A stretch of DNA of 64,000 bases, taken from NCBI GenBank assembly GCA_044374175.1, contig JBILPB010000001.1, positions 13,889-77,888 of the forward strand. Reading direction: 5' to 3'. Positions 50,228 through 59,541 of the stretch are shown one piece after another. A program made the translations under genes and the position numbers. Numbering within the stretch: position 1 is the first letter of the stretch; each line of letters begins with the position of its first letter. A model generated the notes under the pieces. The model saw only the letters and a list, made by a program, of their open reading frames with translations. It had not been told where the DNA came from and searched no databases. Source of the stretch: Bacteroidia bacterium. Its GTDB lineage: Bacteria > Bacteroidota > Bacteroidia > UBA4408.

Positions 50228-50869
50228 ATGGCTGAAGTAAATACCGGTGATGGTGGTGGTGGCCACGGTAAGCACGATAAAAAACGTGCCAAGAAACTAT
50301 CCACACGAATAGACATGACACCCATGGTGGATTTGGCTTTTTTGTTGTTGACATTCTTTGTAATGACTTCTACATTTAATAAAGCTAAAACCATGGAAAT
50401 TAATTTTCCTGCTGAGCCCAAGGCGGAAGATGAAAGACAAAAAGTAAACAATGCCCTTACCTTTATTATGAGTAAGGATAATTCCATTTATTATTATTAT
50501 GGAGAGTTTTTTCCTGCTAGTAATAAAGATGGTAAACCTGCGACAGAGTTAACAAAAACAGATTTTTCTAAAGATGGTCTGCATAAACTATTATTAGATA
50601 GAAATAAGCCTACCATTGAAGAAATTAATAAACTTTCGGACCAGTTGAAAAAAGGTGAAATAGCCGATACAACTTACAAACGCAAGGCAATCTATGCGAA
50701 AGGAAATATGGCTGCATTAACAGTGCTTATTAAAGCAGATGATAAAGCAGTGTATAAAAATGTAATTGATTTAATTGATGAGTTAAATGTATGCCAGGTA
50801 GGTAAATATGCTGTGGTTGATATGATGCCACAAGAGTTTGAGTTAGTAACTGCTGCTGGAGCTAAATAG
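50228..50869 (+). CDS. exbD: Biopolymer transport protein ExbD/TolR (second paralog)
   Basis: It reads IDMTPMVDLAFLLLTFFVMTSTF. The tandem ExbD paralog arrangement is common in Bacteroidota. Confidence 0.85.
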   Translation: MAEVNTGDGGGGHGKHDKKRAKKLSTRIDMTPMVDLAFLLLTFFVMTSTFNKAKTMEINFPAEPKAEDERQKVNNALTFIMSKDNSIYYYYGEFFPASNKDGKPATELTKTDFSKDGLHKLLLDRNKPTIEEINKLSDQLKKGEIADTTYKRKAIYAKGNMAALTVLIKADDKAVYKNVIDLIDELNVCQVGKYAVVDMMPQEFELVTAAGAK

Positions 50870-50883
50870 TAAAACACTTTTAA

Positions 50884-51714
50884 TTGTATAATAAAATGGC
50901 AGAAAATTCAGTGTTTAACAGTTGGGACAATGTGGTGTCCGATGGCCGTAATAACTTGGTGTTTGAAAACAGACACAAAGACTACGGAGCCTTCGATATC
51001 CGTAAAAAGTACACCAACTATGTAAATAGAGCATTAATCATTAGTTGTTTATCCTTTGTGTTGTTGGTATCTGCTCCAAAAATTTATTCTTGGATTGTAG
51101 CGCAAGCCGAAGCCGAGAAAGTGGTAGAAATGGATATGACACAAATTGACTTAGAGGCACCACCTCCAGTTGATGAAACAGAACCACCACCTCCACCACC
51201 GCCACCCCCACCAGTAATGGAAACTGTAAAGTTTACGCCACCTGTGGTTGTTGATGAAGAAGTATTGGAGGAAACTCCTATTATTACTCAGGAAGTAGAA
51301 ACCCAAATTGCTACGGTAACTAACGAAGGAACAACAGATGAAATTATCATTCCTGAAGAAACAGGGAATGGTGTTGTGGCTGAAAACCCAGAAACACCTT
51401 TTGTTTCGGTAGAAGAAATGCCAGGTTTCCCTGGAGGTGAAGAAGCGCTTTTTAAATATTTGGGTAAAAACATCAATTATCCAGCTATGGAAAAAGATGC
51501 CGGTATCTCAGGTACAGTATATGTTTACTTCGTAATTAATAAAGAAGGAAAAGTATCTAATGCCGAAGTAAAAAGAGGTGTAAAGGGTGGTCCAGGATTA
51601 GATAAAGAAGCCTTACGTGTAATTTCAAACATGCCTAGTTGGAGTGTTGGTAAGCAAAATGGGCGTCCAGCGGCTGTACAGTTTACTTTACCTGTGAAGT
51701 TTGTATTGAAATAG
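50884..51714 (+). CDS. tonB: Energy transducer TonB
   Basis: It has an N-terminal TM anchor and a proline-rich spacer (PPPPPPPPPPV). The C-terminal TonB domain is present (FPGGEEALFKYLGKNINYP...GKVSNAEVKRG). Confidence 0.8.
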   Translation: MYNKMAENSVFNSWDNVVSDGRNNLVFENRHKDYGAFDIRKKYTNYVNRALIISCLSFVLLVSAPKIYSWIVAQAEAEKVVEMDMTQIDLEAPPPVDETEPPPPPPPPPPVMETVKFTPPVVVDEEVLEETPIITQEVETQIATVTNEGTTDEIIIPEETGNGVVAENPETPFVSVEEMPGFPGGEEALFKYLGKNINYPAMEKDAGISGTVYVYFVINKEGKVSNAEVKRGVKGGPGLDKEALRVISNMPSWSVGKQNGRPAAVQFTLPVKFVLK

Positions 51715-51734
51715 ATAAATCAATAAAATTATAT

Positions 51735-51770
51735 AAAGCGCAAAGCCATTGGTTTTGCGCTTTTTTTATT
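51735..51770 (+). terminator. Rho-independent terminator after tonB
   Basis: The sequence is aaagcgcaaagccattggttttgcgcttttttt. The stem is aagcgcaaa/tttgcgctt, followed by a T-run. Confidence 0.7.
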
Positions 51771-51867
51771 TGTAACCTACATTATAACGAGAATTGGACA
51801 AAGGCTTGTGCTTTTGTCTTGCTGAGCAAAGCGAAGCAACCCTGCGTTTATAATAGGACCAATATTT

Positions 51868-52422
51868 TTGCTCTTTAGGTTATATTTCCTTATCATTGCA
51901 GACGCATTGAAAAAATTATTTACATACCTGTTTCTCGCTTTTGTTCTGTTTAATTTCAGCAGTGTAATGCTGGCATTAAAGCTCTGTCAATGGCAGGCTA
52001 AATACGAAATGTCGCATAAATTGAATTTGCAACAAAAAACCGAAAGCCTAGCATTTCACAAAAGCTTCTTTAAAGAGCGTTTACAGCGCGGCAGCGAATT
52101 TGATTGGGATAACAAGCGTTATGATGTGGTAAATGCGTCTTACGAAGCGGATAGTGTGTTTATTGATGCCATTAACGATACCCGAGAGAAGGGAATTTTG
52201 CATTATATTGGTAAATTTATGCATCAACAACATAAACAGGGCAAAAATCCTTCAAAAATAAGCACCTTAAGTTTACTGGTTTTTCAAGCACCATTGCCAG
52301 AAACTTTAGCCATTGTGGCCCCAATAAATCAAGTCTCTTTTGATTATTTTTATAAGAATTTGCGCATTAGCAAAATGTATTCGCTTGTAAAATCACCTCC
52401 ACCAAGGATGTTGTTGGGTTAA
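51868..52422 (+). CDS. Hypothetical membrane-anchored protein
   Basis: The N-terminus is hydrophobic (LFTYLFLAFVLFNFSSVMLAL). No family recognised. The true start may be further downstream. Confidence 0.35.
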   Translation: MLFRLYFLIIADALKKLFTYLFLAFVLFNFSSVMLALKLCQWQAKYEMSHKLNLQQKTESLAFHKSFFKERLQRGSEFDWDNKRYDVVNASYEADSVFIDAINDTREKGILHYIGKFMHQQHKQGKNPSKISTLSLLVFQAPLPETLAIVAPINQVSFDYFYKNLRISKMYSLVKSPPPRMLLG

Positions 52423-52506
52423 CAAAACACTTTTACAAATTCTATTTTTATTCAACCGGTCTTAGTAATTATTCGTTACTAAAGGCTTCTATTATTTATA
52501 TATATT

Positions 52507-54726
52507 ATGAGAAAAAAACTATTGCTATTATGGACAATCATAGCCAATGGAGTGGTTTTTAGTCAGGAAGCTAAGCAAAAACATGACTCAATAAAAAACA
52601 CGGTTACCTTATCGGAGATGGTAATAAGTGCCAATAAAGTGGAGGAAGACAAAAAACAAATTGCACAACAAATAGAAAGCATAAGTAGCTTGCAAATAAG
52701 GAAATCGAACGCGCAAAACACAGCCGATTTATTACAACAAAATGGTTTTGTGAATGTTCAAAAAAGCCAGCAAGGAGGCGGTAGTATTATCATTCGTGGG
52801 TTCGAGGCAAGCAGGGTTTTGATGGTGGTAGATGGAGTAAGAATGAATAATTTAATATATCGTGCTGGCCATTTGCAAAATGCAATTACAGTGGATCAAA
52901 ACATGCTCGAAAGAGTTGAGGTTCTTTTTGGTCCTTCTTCCACAGTTTATGGCAGTGACGCCTTAGGTGGAGTGGTGGCGTTTTATAGTAAAAATCCATT
53001 GTTTGCCGAAGGAGATGAAAAACTGAAAACTAAAGTGGGCTTATTTACCCGTTATGGTAGTGTAAACCAGGAAAAAACAGGACACTTCGACTTTAATTTA
53101 GGTACTAAAAGATTCGCCTCGTTAACCTCATTTACCGTAAGCGATTTTGATGATTTAAAGATGGGAAAATCTAAAAATCCATATTATAAATCAGGTTTTG
53201 GAGAGCGCAATTATTATGTTGAAAGAATCAATGATAAAGATTCTTTAGTAGCCAATACTGATAAGTATCTGCAAAAGTTTTCGGGTTATACACAATATGA
53301 TTTATTGCAAAAATTTAGTTTTAATCAAAACGAAAAAATAACGCATGGATTAAGCTATCAATACAGCAATAGTAGCAATATTCCAAGGTATGACAGATTA
53401 ACTGACCCTAAGGGAAAAGGCTTGAACTCCGCAGAGTGGTATTATGGGCCACAAATGCGCATGTTGGGCATATACAATTTAAGTGCAAAAAATTTAACAG
53501 GGTTCTTTACAGCTATTAATGCCAATTTAAGCTATCAAAAAATAGAAGAAAGCAGGCATAATAGAAATTTTAATTCGAGCAACAAAAACAGCAGGATAGA
53601 AAAAGTTGATGTATATGGTTTGAATGTTGACTTCCAACGTAAAAAAGAAAAATCCGATACCAGAGTTGGCATAGATGCACAATACAATACCGTAAACTCC
53701 ACAGCCTTTAGAACCAACATTATTTCTGGTGAAAAATCTGCTTTAGATACAAGATATCCTGATGGAAAAAATGAAATGTATAACATGGCCATTTATGCTA
53801 CAAATACTTATAGAATTACAGAAAAACTTATTTTGAATGACGGGTTAAGATTGGCGCAAATAGGGCTGAATAGCAACTTTGCAACAAAAGATTTTTTTCC
53901 CTTTCCTTTTGATCAAATAAAGCAAAATAATACTGCTTTGAGTGGTAATTTGGGATTGGTATATTTACCTGACGATAAATGGAAAATAAGTTTAATGGGA
54001 AGTACTGGATATAGGGCTCCTAATGTGGATGATTTAAGTAAGGTTTTTGAGAGTACTCCAGGCAGAATTATAGTGCCAAATCCAAATTTGAAACCAGAAA
54101 AAACATACAATGGAGATTTACAAATCACAAAAATATTTGGCAAGGTAATACGATGGGAAAATGTTTTCTTTTACACCCTTTTTAAAGATGCATTGGTTGC
54201 CGATAAATTTACCTTTAATGGTGAGGATTCTATCTCCTATGATGGCATCAAGAGTGCAGTATTTTCGGTACAAAACAAACAGTCGGCCTACATTTATGGC
54301 GTCAGTAGTAACTTGTATGTAAGCCTCTTTGAGCATATCAATGTTACTGGAGGTTTAACTTATACCTATGGTAGAATTAATACTGATTCTAGCGATTATC
54401 CATTGGATCATATTTCTCCCTTGTATGGCAGAGGTGGTATAAAATACTATAGAAGTAAATTTGAGGTCGAAGCATTTGTTATGTTTAATGCTTGGAAGCG
54501 AATTAGTGATTTTAATTTAGGTGGTGAAGATAATCAACAATATGCGCCTGCAGAAGGAATGTCTGCTTGGTATACCCTTAATGTTAGAATAAATTATAGT
54601 ATTACCAGAAATATAACTTTACAAGCAGGAGTAGATAATTTATTAGATACCCAATACCGTGTTTTTGCAAGCGGTATTAATGCGCCTGGGCGAAATATTT
54701 TTGGAACTGTAAGATTGAGTTTTTAA
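52507..54726 (+). CDS. TonB-dependent outer-membrane receptor
   Basis: A signal peptide is followed by a plug domain (GGGSIIIRGFEASRVLMVVDGVRMN) and a C-terminal beta-barrel ending in an aromatic residue (...TVRLSF). Confidence 0.85.
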   Translation: MRKKLLLLWTIIANGVVFSQEAKQKHDSIKNTVTLSEMVISANKVEEDKKQIAQQIESISSLQIRKSNAQNTADLLQQNGFVNVQKSQQGGGSIIIRGFEASRVLMVVDGVRMNNLIYRAGHLQNAITVDQNMLERVEVLFGPSSTVYGSDALGGVVAFYSKNPLFAEGDEKLKTKVGLFTRYGSVNQEKTGHFDFNLGTKRFASLTSFTVSDFDDLKMGKSKNPYYKSGFGERNYYVERINDKDSLVANTDKYLQKFSGYTQYDLLQKFSFNQNEKITHGLSYQYSNSSNIPRYDRLTDPKGKGLNSAEWYYGPQMRMLGIYNLSAKNLTGFFTAINANLSYQKIEESRHNRNFNSSNKNSRIEKVDVYGLNVDFQRKKEKSDTRVGIDAQYNTVNSTAFRTNIISGEKSALDTRYPDGKNEMYNMAIYATNTYRITEKLILNDGLRLAQIGLNSNFATKDFFPFPFDQIKQNNTALSGNLGLVYLPDDKWKISLMGSTGYRAPNVDDLSKVFESTPGRIIVPNPNLKPEKTYNGDLQITKIFGKVIRWENVFFYTLFKDALVADKFTFNGEDSISYDGIKSAVFSVQNKQSAYIYGVSSNLYVSLFEHINVTGGLTYTYGRINTDSSDYPLDHISPLYGRGGIKYYRSKFEVEAFVMFNAWKRISDFNLGGEDNQQYAPAEGMSAWYTLNVRINYSITRNITLQAGVDNLLDTQYRVFASGINAPGRNIFGTVRLSF

Positions 54727-54744
54727 AATGGTGGTGTAATTTCA

Positions 54745-54781
54745 AGAAGCCTTATTCAGAGATGCATAAGGCTTTTTTCTA
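54745..54781 (+). terminator. Rho-independent terminator after the TonB-dependent receptor gene, overlapping the era stop
   Basis: The sequence is gaagccttattcagagatgcataaggcttttttct. The stem is aagccttat/ataaggctt, followed by a T-run. Confidence 0.65.
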
Positions 54782-55660
54782 CTCTTCATACCCAAATTGC
54801 TTCAACATATAATCATTATTCCTCCAATCTTTTTTCACTTTTACAAAAAGTTCGAGGAATACTTTTTTATCGAAAAACTTTTCAATATCAATACGGGCTT
54901 GGGTGCCAACGCGTTTTAAGCCAGAACCTTGATGGCCAATAATGATGCCCTTTTGTGATTCGCGCGACACAAATATTAATGCTCTAATTTTTAAAATGGT
55001 AGGTTCATCTTTAAAACTCTCGACATACACCTCGCAGCTGTAGGGTATTTCTTTGTCGTAGTTGATTAATATTTTTTCACGAATAATTTCGCTCACAAAA
55101 AACTTTTCTGGTCGGTCGGTTAATTGATCTTTATCGTAAAAGGCAGGAGAATCGGGCAATAGCGCAACAATTCTTTTGGTAAGGTAATCAGTATTAAATT
55201 TTTCTAAGGCAGATATTGGAATGATTTCTGCTTCGGGCAAAAGAGCAGCCCAAGCAGCACTAGTTGTTTCAAGTTCTTCCGGTTTTATTAAATCAATTTT
55301 ATTAAGTAATACTACAATTTTACTTCCCGATTTTTTCAGCTTTTCCATCAACTCATCTTCTAATTGATCTTTGCTTGTAACATCAATAATCAATAAAAGT
55401 ACATCGGCATCTGATAAAGCAGTATATACAAACTTCATCATTGATTCGTGCATTTTATAATGTGGGGTGAGTATGCCAGGCGTATCAGAATAAACAATTT
55501 GATGTTCATCAGAACTTACAATACCTAATATACGATGGCGAGTGGTTTGTGCTTTAGAAGTAATGATACTCAATTTTTCACCTACTAAAATGTTCATTAA
55601 AGTAGATTTTCCCGCGTTTGGTTTTCCAATAATATTTACAAATCCTGCCTTGTGTGCCAT
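54779..55660 (-). CDS. era: GTPase Era
   Basis: The G1 motif appears as GKPNAGKSTLMN, with DTPG and NKID motifs. A C-terminal KH domain is present. 293 aa. Confidence 0.9.
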   Translation of the reverse strand: MAHKAGFVNIIGKPNAGKSTLMNILVGEKLSIITSKAQTTRHRILGIVSSDEHQIVYSDTPGILTPHYKMHESMMKFVYTALSDADVLLLIIDVTSKDQLEDELMEKLKKSGSKIVVLLNKIDLIKPEELETTSAAWAALLPEAEIIPISALEKFNTDYLTKRIVALLPDSPAFYDKDQLTDRPEKFFVSEIIREKILINYDKEIPYSCEVYVESFKDEPTILKIRALIFVSRESQKGIIIGHQGSGLKRVGTQARIDIEKFFDKKVFLELFVKVKKDWRNNDYMLKQFGYEE

Positions 55661-55687
55661 GTTTAATTTTTTACAAAGTAACGATTA

Positions 55688-56040
55688 ATATGGAAATGAT
55701 GTGAAACCTCGACTGAAATGTGTAATGAGACATTAAGGGCTTTTGAAGATTTGAAGCTATGTGTTGGTTGGCGAGGACACCAACCAATTACCAATTACCA
55801 AAATTCTTAACCCATGTAAACGAATCTCTTTAAATTTGAAGCTATGTGTTGGTTGGCGAGGCTGCAAGCAATTATCAAATATGGAAATGATGTGAAACCT
55901 CGACTGATATATGTAATGAGACATTAAGGGCTTTTGAAGATTTGAAGCTATGTGTTGATTGGCGCGGACACCAACCAATTACCAATTACCAAAAACGATG
56001 TCCGAGGTTTGGCGTCCTCGCCAACCTTTTTTTTGATCTG
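55688..56040 (+). repeat. Tandemly duplicated ~115-nt non-coding element (copy A 55688-55802, copy B 55879-55993), a partial third module at 55838-55862, and a closing plus-strand terminator hairpin at 56009-56038
   Basis: Copies A and B are near-identical (tatggaaatgatgtgaaacctcgactga...gggcttttgaagatttgaagctatgtgttggttggcgaggacaccaaccaattaccaattaccaaaa). Each ends in an 8-bp hairpin (ttggttgg / loop cgaggaca / ccaaccaa). Downstream, ggtttggcgtcctcgccaacc followed by tttttttt forms a terminator-like structure. A degenerate fourth module lies at 56128-56160 (gttgtt-gaggacaag-aacaac). Confidence 0.7.
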
Positions 56041-56189
56041 TTTGCATTAATTTCGACTTATATTAAACTTGATAATTTATGTATTTTTACTGCAACAATC
56101 AATAGTTGGCAAAACACTTTTACTTAACTTGAAGATGTAGGTTGGTTGTTGAGGACAAGAACAACTTACAGAAACTTGAGGATATAGGA

Positions 56190-59100
56190 TTAAATCCTAA
56201 TCCCCATGATTAAAATATCATCCACTTGTTCATTGGCTCTTCCCATCCAGGAGCGATAAAACCCATTGAGAGATTTTCCTTGCTGCTCCATCGTTTGGCT
56301 TTGTATATCAAACAGCAATTGTCTAAAACCCTTTGTTGTAAGTTTCTTGCCTTTAGGTCCTCCAAATTGATCGGGTGCACCATCTGTAAACAAGTAAATT
56401 GTATCTCCCTTAAAAAGTTGTATTTCTGTTTCTTTATACACTTGGTCGGCACTAGTATGGCCTGCAATACCGGCTTTAGTAGGTTTAATAATTTCAACGC
56501 TATCCAGGGTGCAATCTTTTCTGTAAATCCATAAAGGTCGGTTAGCGCCAGCAAAGGTTAAAATGTTAGTATCTGTATCTAAAAAACATAATGATATTTC
56601 CATACCATCTTTAGACTGACTGTTGCCCTCTTCTTGTTTCAATGAATCTTTAATTTTACGATTCATAAAAGACAAAATATTTGCAGGCGTTAAATCGTCA
56701 ATTTCTGCAATAGATTGGTTTAATTTTTCGCTTCCAATCATACTCATAAATGCACCAGGTACCCCATGTCCTGTACAATCGGCAGCTACAATAATGTGTT
56801 GACTTAAATTGTATTTAGTTTTATTATTTACACCAGCTAAACTAAACCAATAAAAATCGCCACTGACAATATTTCTTGGTTTAAAAAGGATGAAAGAGTC
56901 TGTAAATGTTTTCTTAAACGTGTTTACATCAGGTAAAATACTTTGTTGAATAATTTTAGCATAATTGATGCTATCGGTAATTTCTAAGTTAGCTTCGCTT
57001 AGTTTATCACGTTCCTCCCAAAGTTCGTGGGTTCTATCTTTTACTGTTTTTTCAAGCAAATCATTTACAGCACGCAGCCTTATGGTATTAAATTTAATGA
57101 TGCCGTAAATTAATACAATAGCCAACACAAAATATAAAAAATAGGCTATTGTTGTTCTGTACCAAGGTGGTGCAATTTCGAAGGTGAATTTTTTAGTGTT
57201 TGAATAGTTGTTGAAAATATCCTTTGCTCTTAGTTCAAGTGTATATTTACCCTCAGGCAAGTAGTTATAATTTTTATTTCTCAATAGCGTCCATTCACCA
57301 AAATGGTCTTCCAATGGTAATAACCGGCTAGAGAAAAACAAATCATTAACACCTGCATAATTTACGGCTGAGAACTCAAAAGAAATATCATTTAAATCAA
57401 AGGGAAGGAGTTTTTTTAGAACATCTGGAACAAGACCTCTTGTTAAGGAGAAACTTGAGTCGTTTTTGAGGGTAACTTTCTTAATAAAAATTGGGAAATG
57501 GTGCTTATAATGAATTTGTTTTTTTGTATTGTATTTAAGCAAACCATCATTGGTTGCAATCCATAAGTTACCATATTTATCCTCAGCAAATCCATTTTTT
57601 TGAATACCTAAAAATTTACTAAAATATAAGTTATCAAAGTTGTAATTATTAGTAGATGATTTACTGTAATGAGCAATAATGCCATTTTTTAATTTACTGT
57701 CATAAGCCAACCAAAAATTTTCCGTCTTATCAATATAAACTTTAAATACGTAGTTGTGCTGAATTTCTATATCACTTGGAAAAAAATCTGACTTGGTAAA
57801 TGATATATTTTTACTGTTGTTATTAATCTCATAAATTCCTCTTAAAGATGAAATTGAAATTTTATTTTTGTATTTAAAAATGTAATTTTCGGACTTAACG
57901 TTAATCGGTATTTGCAGCGGAATTAACTCGAAAATACTTTCTTCCTCTAAGGAAGGGTCAAATCTTACAAGCACTTTATTGTCACCACTTGTCCATAAAT
58001 ATCCAGCATCATCTTCTACAATAAACCTAAACTGCGATAAGTGTTCGAATTTTCTGATGAGCTTGTATTGTTTGTTTTCTAATTTATATAGGGTAATTAT
58101 ATTTTTTCCAACGGCAACAAGTAAATTTGGGTTTTTAGAGCACTGTAACGAATTATCAAACCTAATATCTTCTTCAATCGCTATTTTTTCATTTCCTCTG
58201 ATTGCATAAAGTCCATCCAGTGAGGCTACTATTAAATCGCTAATGCCATCTTTGCTAAATTTAGAAACTGAAGAACAATTGGTTTTAAAATTGGGGTTTG
58301 CCTTAAAAACAATTCCTTCATTTGTTTCACTTCCTTCAAATAAACCCACATCACAACTTGCATAAAGTTTATCATTAATAATATTGATATTATTAACTAA
58401 ACCCGAAAGGCCCTGAAAAGAGTTATACAGCCTAATTGGTGTTAAATAATCAATCATTGAAATTCCTTTACTTGATACCACCCATAAATTTTTATTTTTA
58501 TCTTCTAGGGCATGCCAAGTTTTGTTGTTGATTATACCTTTGTCAGTGGAGTAATGTTCAAGCAAATTCCCATTCAAATCTGAAATGAAAACGCCTTTAG
58601 ATTTAGTTGTGAAGCAGAAATTGCCATTACTCAATAAAATTCCACTGTAGAGCTCAGCCTCTTCAAAGTATTTGCTTACGGGGAATTTTATAGGGGTTAA
58701 AACGCAGGAATTAGCGTTTTTGCTTGGATCCCAAGTCATCTCATAAAATCCATTTTTGCGCGTACCAACTAATATTTTACCATCAATTTCTTGCACAAAA
58801 TCAACCATTGTTTCTTCAAATATTTCAGAGCCTTTAATAAAGTTTAATTTGTTACCTAAAAGGTAAGAAAATCCACCGCCAATTTCACGAACCAAATAGT
58901 TGTTTTTAAGTTCAAAACACTTATGAATACCAGTTCCTTTTGCAGGTTTAATGGTCGAAATGATATTGTTTTTATATGTGTAAATTTGCTCCCTAGTTGA
59001 AAATAAAACTTGATTGTCAATACATTTTATGGTCCAAACTTCTGCAAATGTATCATAGCCTTTAGGGATTAAATGGAGGAAAGATTGTTGTACTAATTTA

Positions 59101-59471
59101 CCGGACTCGTTTTGTATGATACATCCAAAATCACCATCAGCGCCATAGTATATTTTCCCTTTTTTATCTTTTGCTAAGGAGTAGATTACACTTTCAGTAG
59201 GTAAAAAATCAAAATCAATACCATCAAATACAAGTAAACCTATATTATTTCCTATATATATTAAACCCAACGAGTCCTCAAGAAGACACCAACTTTGATC
59301 GTGTGCTTTATGTTCATTTTTGGTATAGTTTACAATATGTGGCAAGCCACTTTCAAACGTATTGGTTTGGCAAAATGATTTACTTGGCAAAAAGATAAAA
59401 CACATCAACAACAGTAATGTGGCCATTACTACATGTTTGTAATTGAAGTGAATGAATTGAAATTTAAGCAC
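56190..59471 (-). CDS. Periplasmic beta-propeller sensor (Reg_prop repeats plus Y_Y_Y domain), TM helix, and cytoplasmic PP2C/SpoIIE-family serine phosphatase
   Basis: 1093 aa with a signal peptide. Reg_prop-like motifs are NLWVVSSKGISMIDY, GYLWTSGDNKVLVRFD and GNLWIATNDGLLKYN. The Y_Y_Y region reads YNYLPEGKYTLELRAKD. The TM helix is IAYFLYFVLAIVLIYGII. The PP2C-type motifs include FSLAGVNN...IVAADCTGHGVPGAFMSMIG...DGMEISLC...FTDGAPDQFGG. Confidence 0.8.
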   Translation of the reverse strand: MLKFQFIHFNYKHVVMATLLLLMCFIFLPSKSFCQTNTFESGLPHIVNYTKNEHKAHDQSWCLLEDSLGLIYIGNNIGLLVFDGIDFDFLPTESVIYSLAKDKKGKIYYGADGDFGCIIQNESGKLVQQSFLHLIPKGYDTFAEVWTIKCIDNQVLFSTREQIYTYKNNIISTIKPAKGTGIHKCFELKNNYLVREIGGGFSYLLGNKLNFIKGSEIFEETMVDFVQEIDGKILVGTRKNGFYEMTWDPSKNANSCVLTPIKFPVSKYFEEAELYSGILLSNGNFCFTTKSKGVFISDLNGNLLEHYSTDKGIINNKTWHALEDKNKNLWVVSSKGISMIDYLTPIRLYNSFQGLSGLVNNINIINDKLYASCDVGLFEGSETNEGIVFKANPNFKTNCSSVSKFSKDGISDLIVASLDGLYAIRGNEKIAIEEDIRFDNSLQCSKNPNLLVAVGKNIITLYKLENKQYKLIRKFEHLSQFRFIVEDDAGYLWTSGDNKVLVRFDPSLEEESIFELIPLQIPINVKSENYIFKYKNKISISSLRGIYEINNNSKNISFTKSDFFPSDIEIQHNYVFKVYIDKTENFWLAYDSKLKNGIIAHYSKSSTNNYNFDNLYFSKFLGIQKNGFAEDKYGNLWIATNDGLLKYNTKKQIHYKHHFPIFIKKVTLKNDSSFSLTRGLVPDVLKKLLPFDLNDISFEFSAVNYAGVNDLFFSSRLLPLEDHFGEWTLLRNKNYNYLPEGKYTLELRAKDIFNNYSNTKKFTFEIAPPWYRTTIAYFLYFVLAIVLIYGIIKFNTIRLRAVNDLLEKTVKDRTHELWEERDKLSEANLEITDSINYAKIIQQSILPDVNTFKKTFTDSFILFKPRNIVSGDFYWFSLAGVNNKTKYNLSQHIIVAADCTGHGVPGAFMSMIGSEKLNQSIAEIDDLTPANILSFMNRKIKDSLKQEEGNSQSKDGMEISLCFLDTDTNILTFAGANRPLWIYRKDCTLDSVEIIKPTKAGIAGHTSADQVYKETEIQLFKGDTIYLFTDGAPDQFGGPKGKKLTTKGFRQLLFDIQSQTMEQQGKSLNGFYRSWMGRANEQVDDILIMGIRI

Positions 59472-59541
59472 GAAAAAAATATTGAGCGAATATAGTATTT
59501 TAACTAATTTCTATTTACTTTTGTCGATAAATAGATAAAAA

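Noticed and set aside
55688-55993. Considered a CRISPR array or transposable element for the duplicated era-upstream blocks
   Set aside because: There are only two full copies, which are not separated by similar-length unique spacers. There is no cas, transposase or terminal inverted repeat. I kept it as a structured repeat or sRNA candidate instead.
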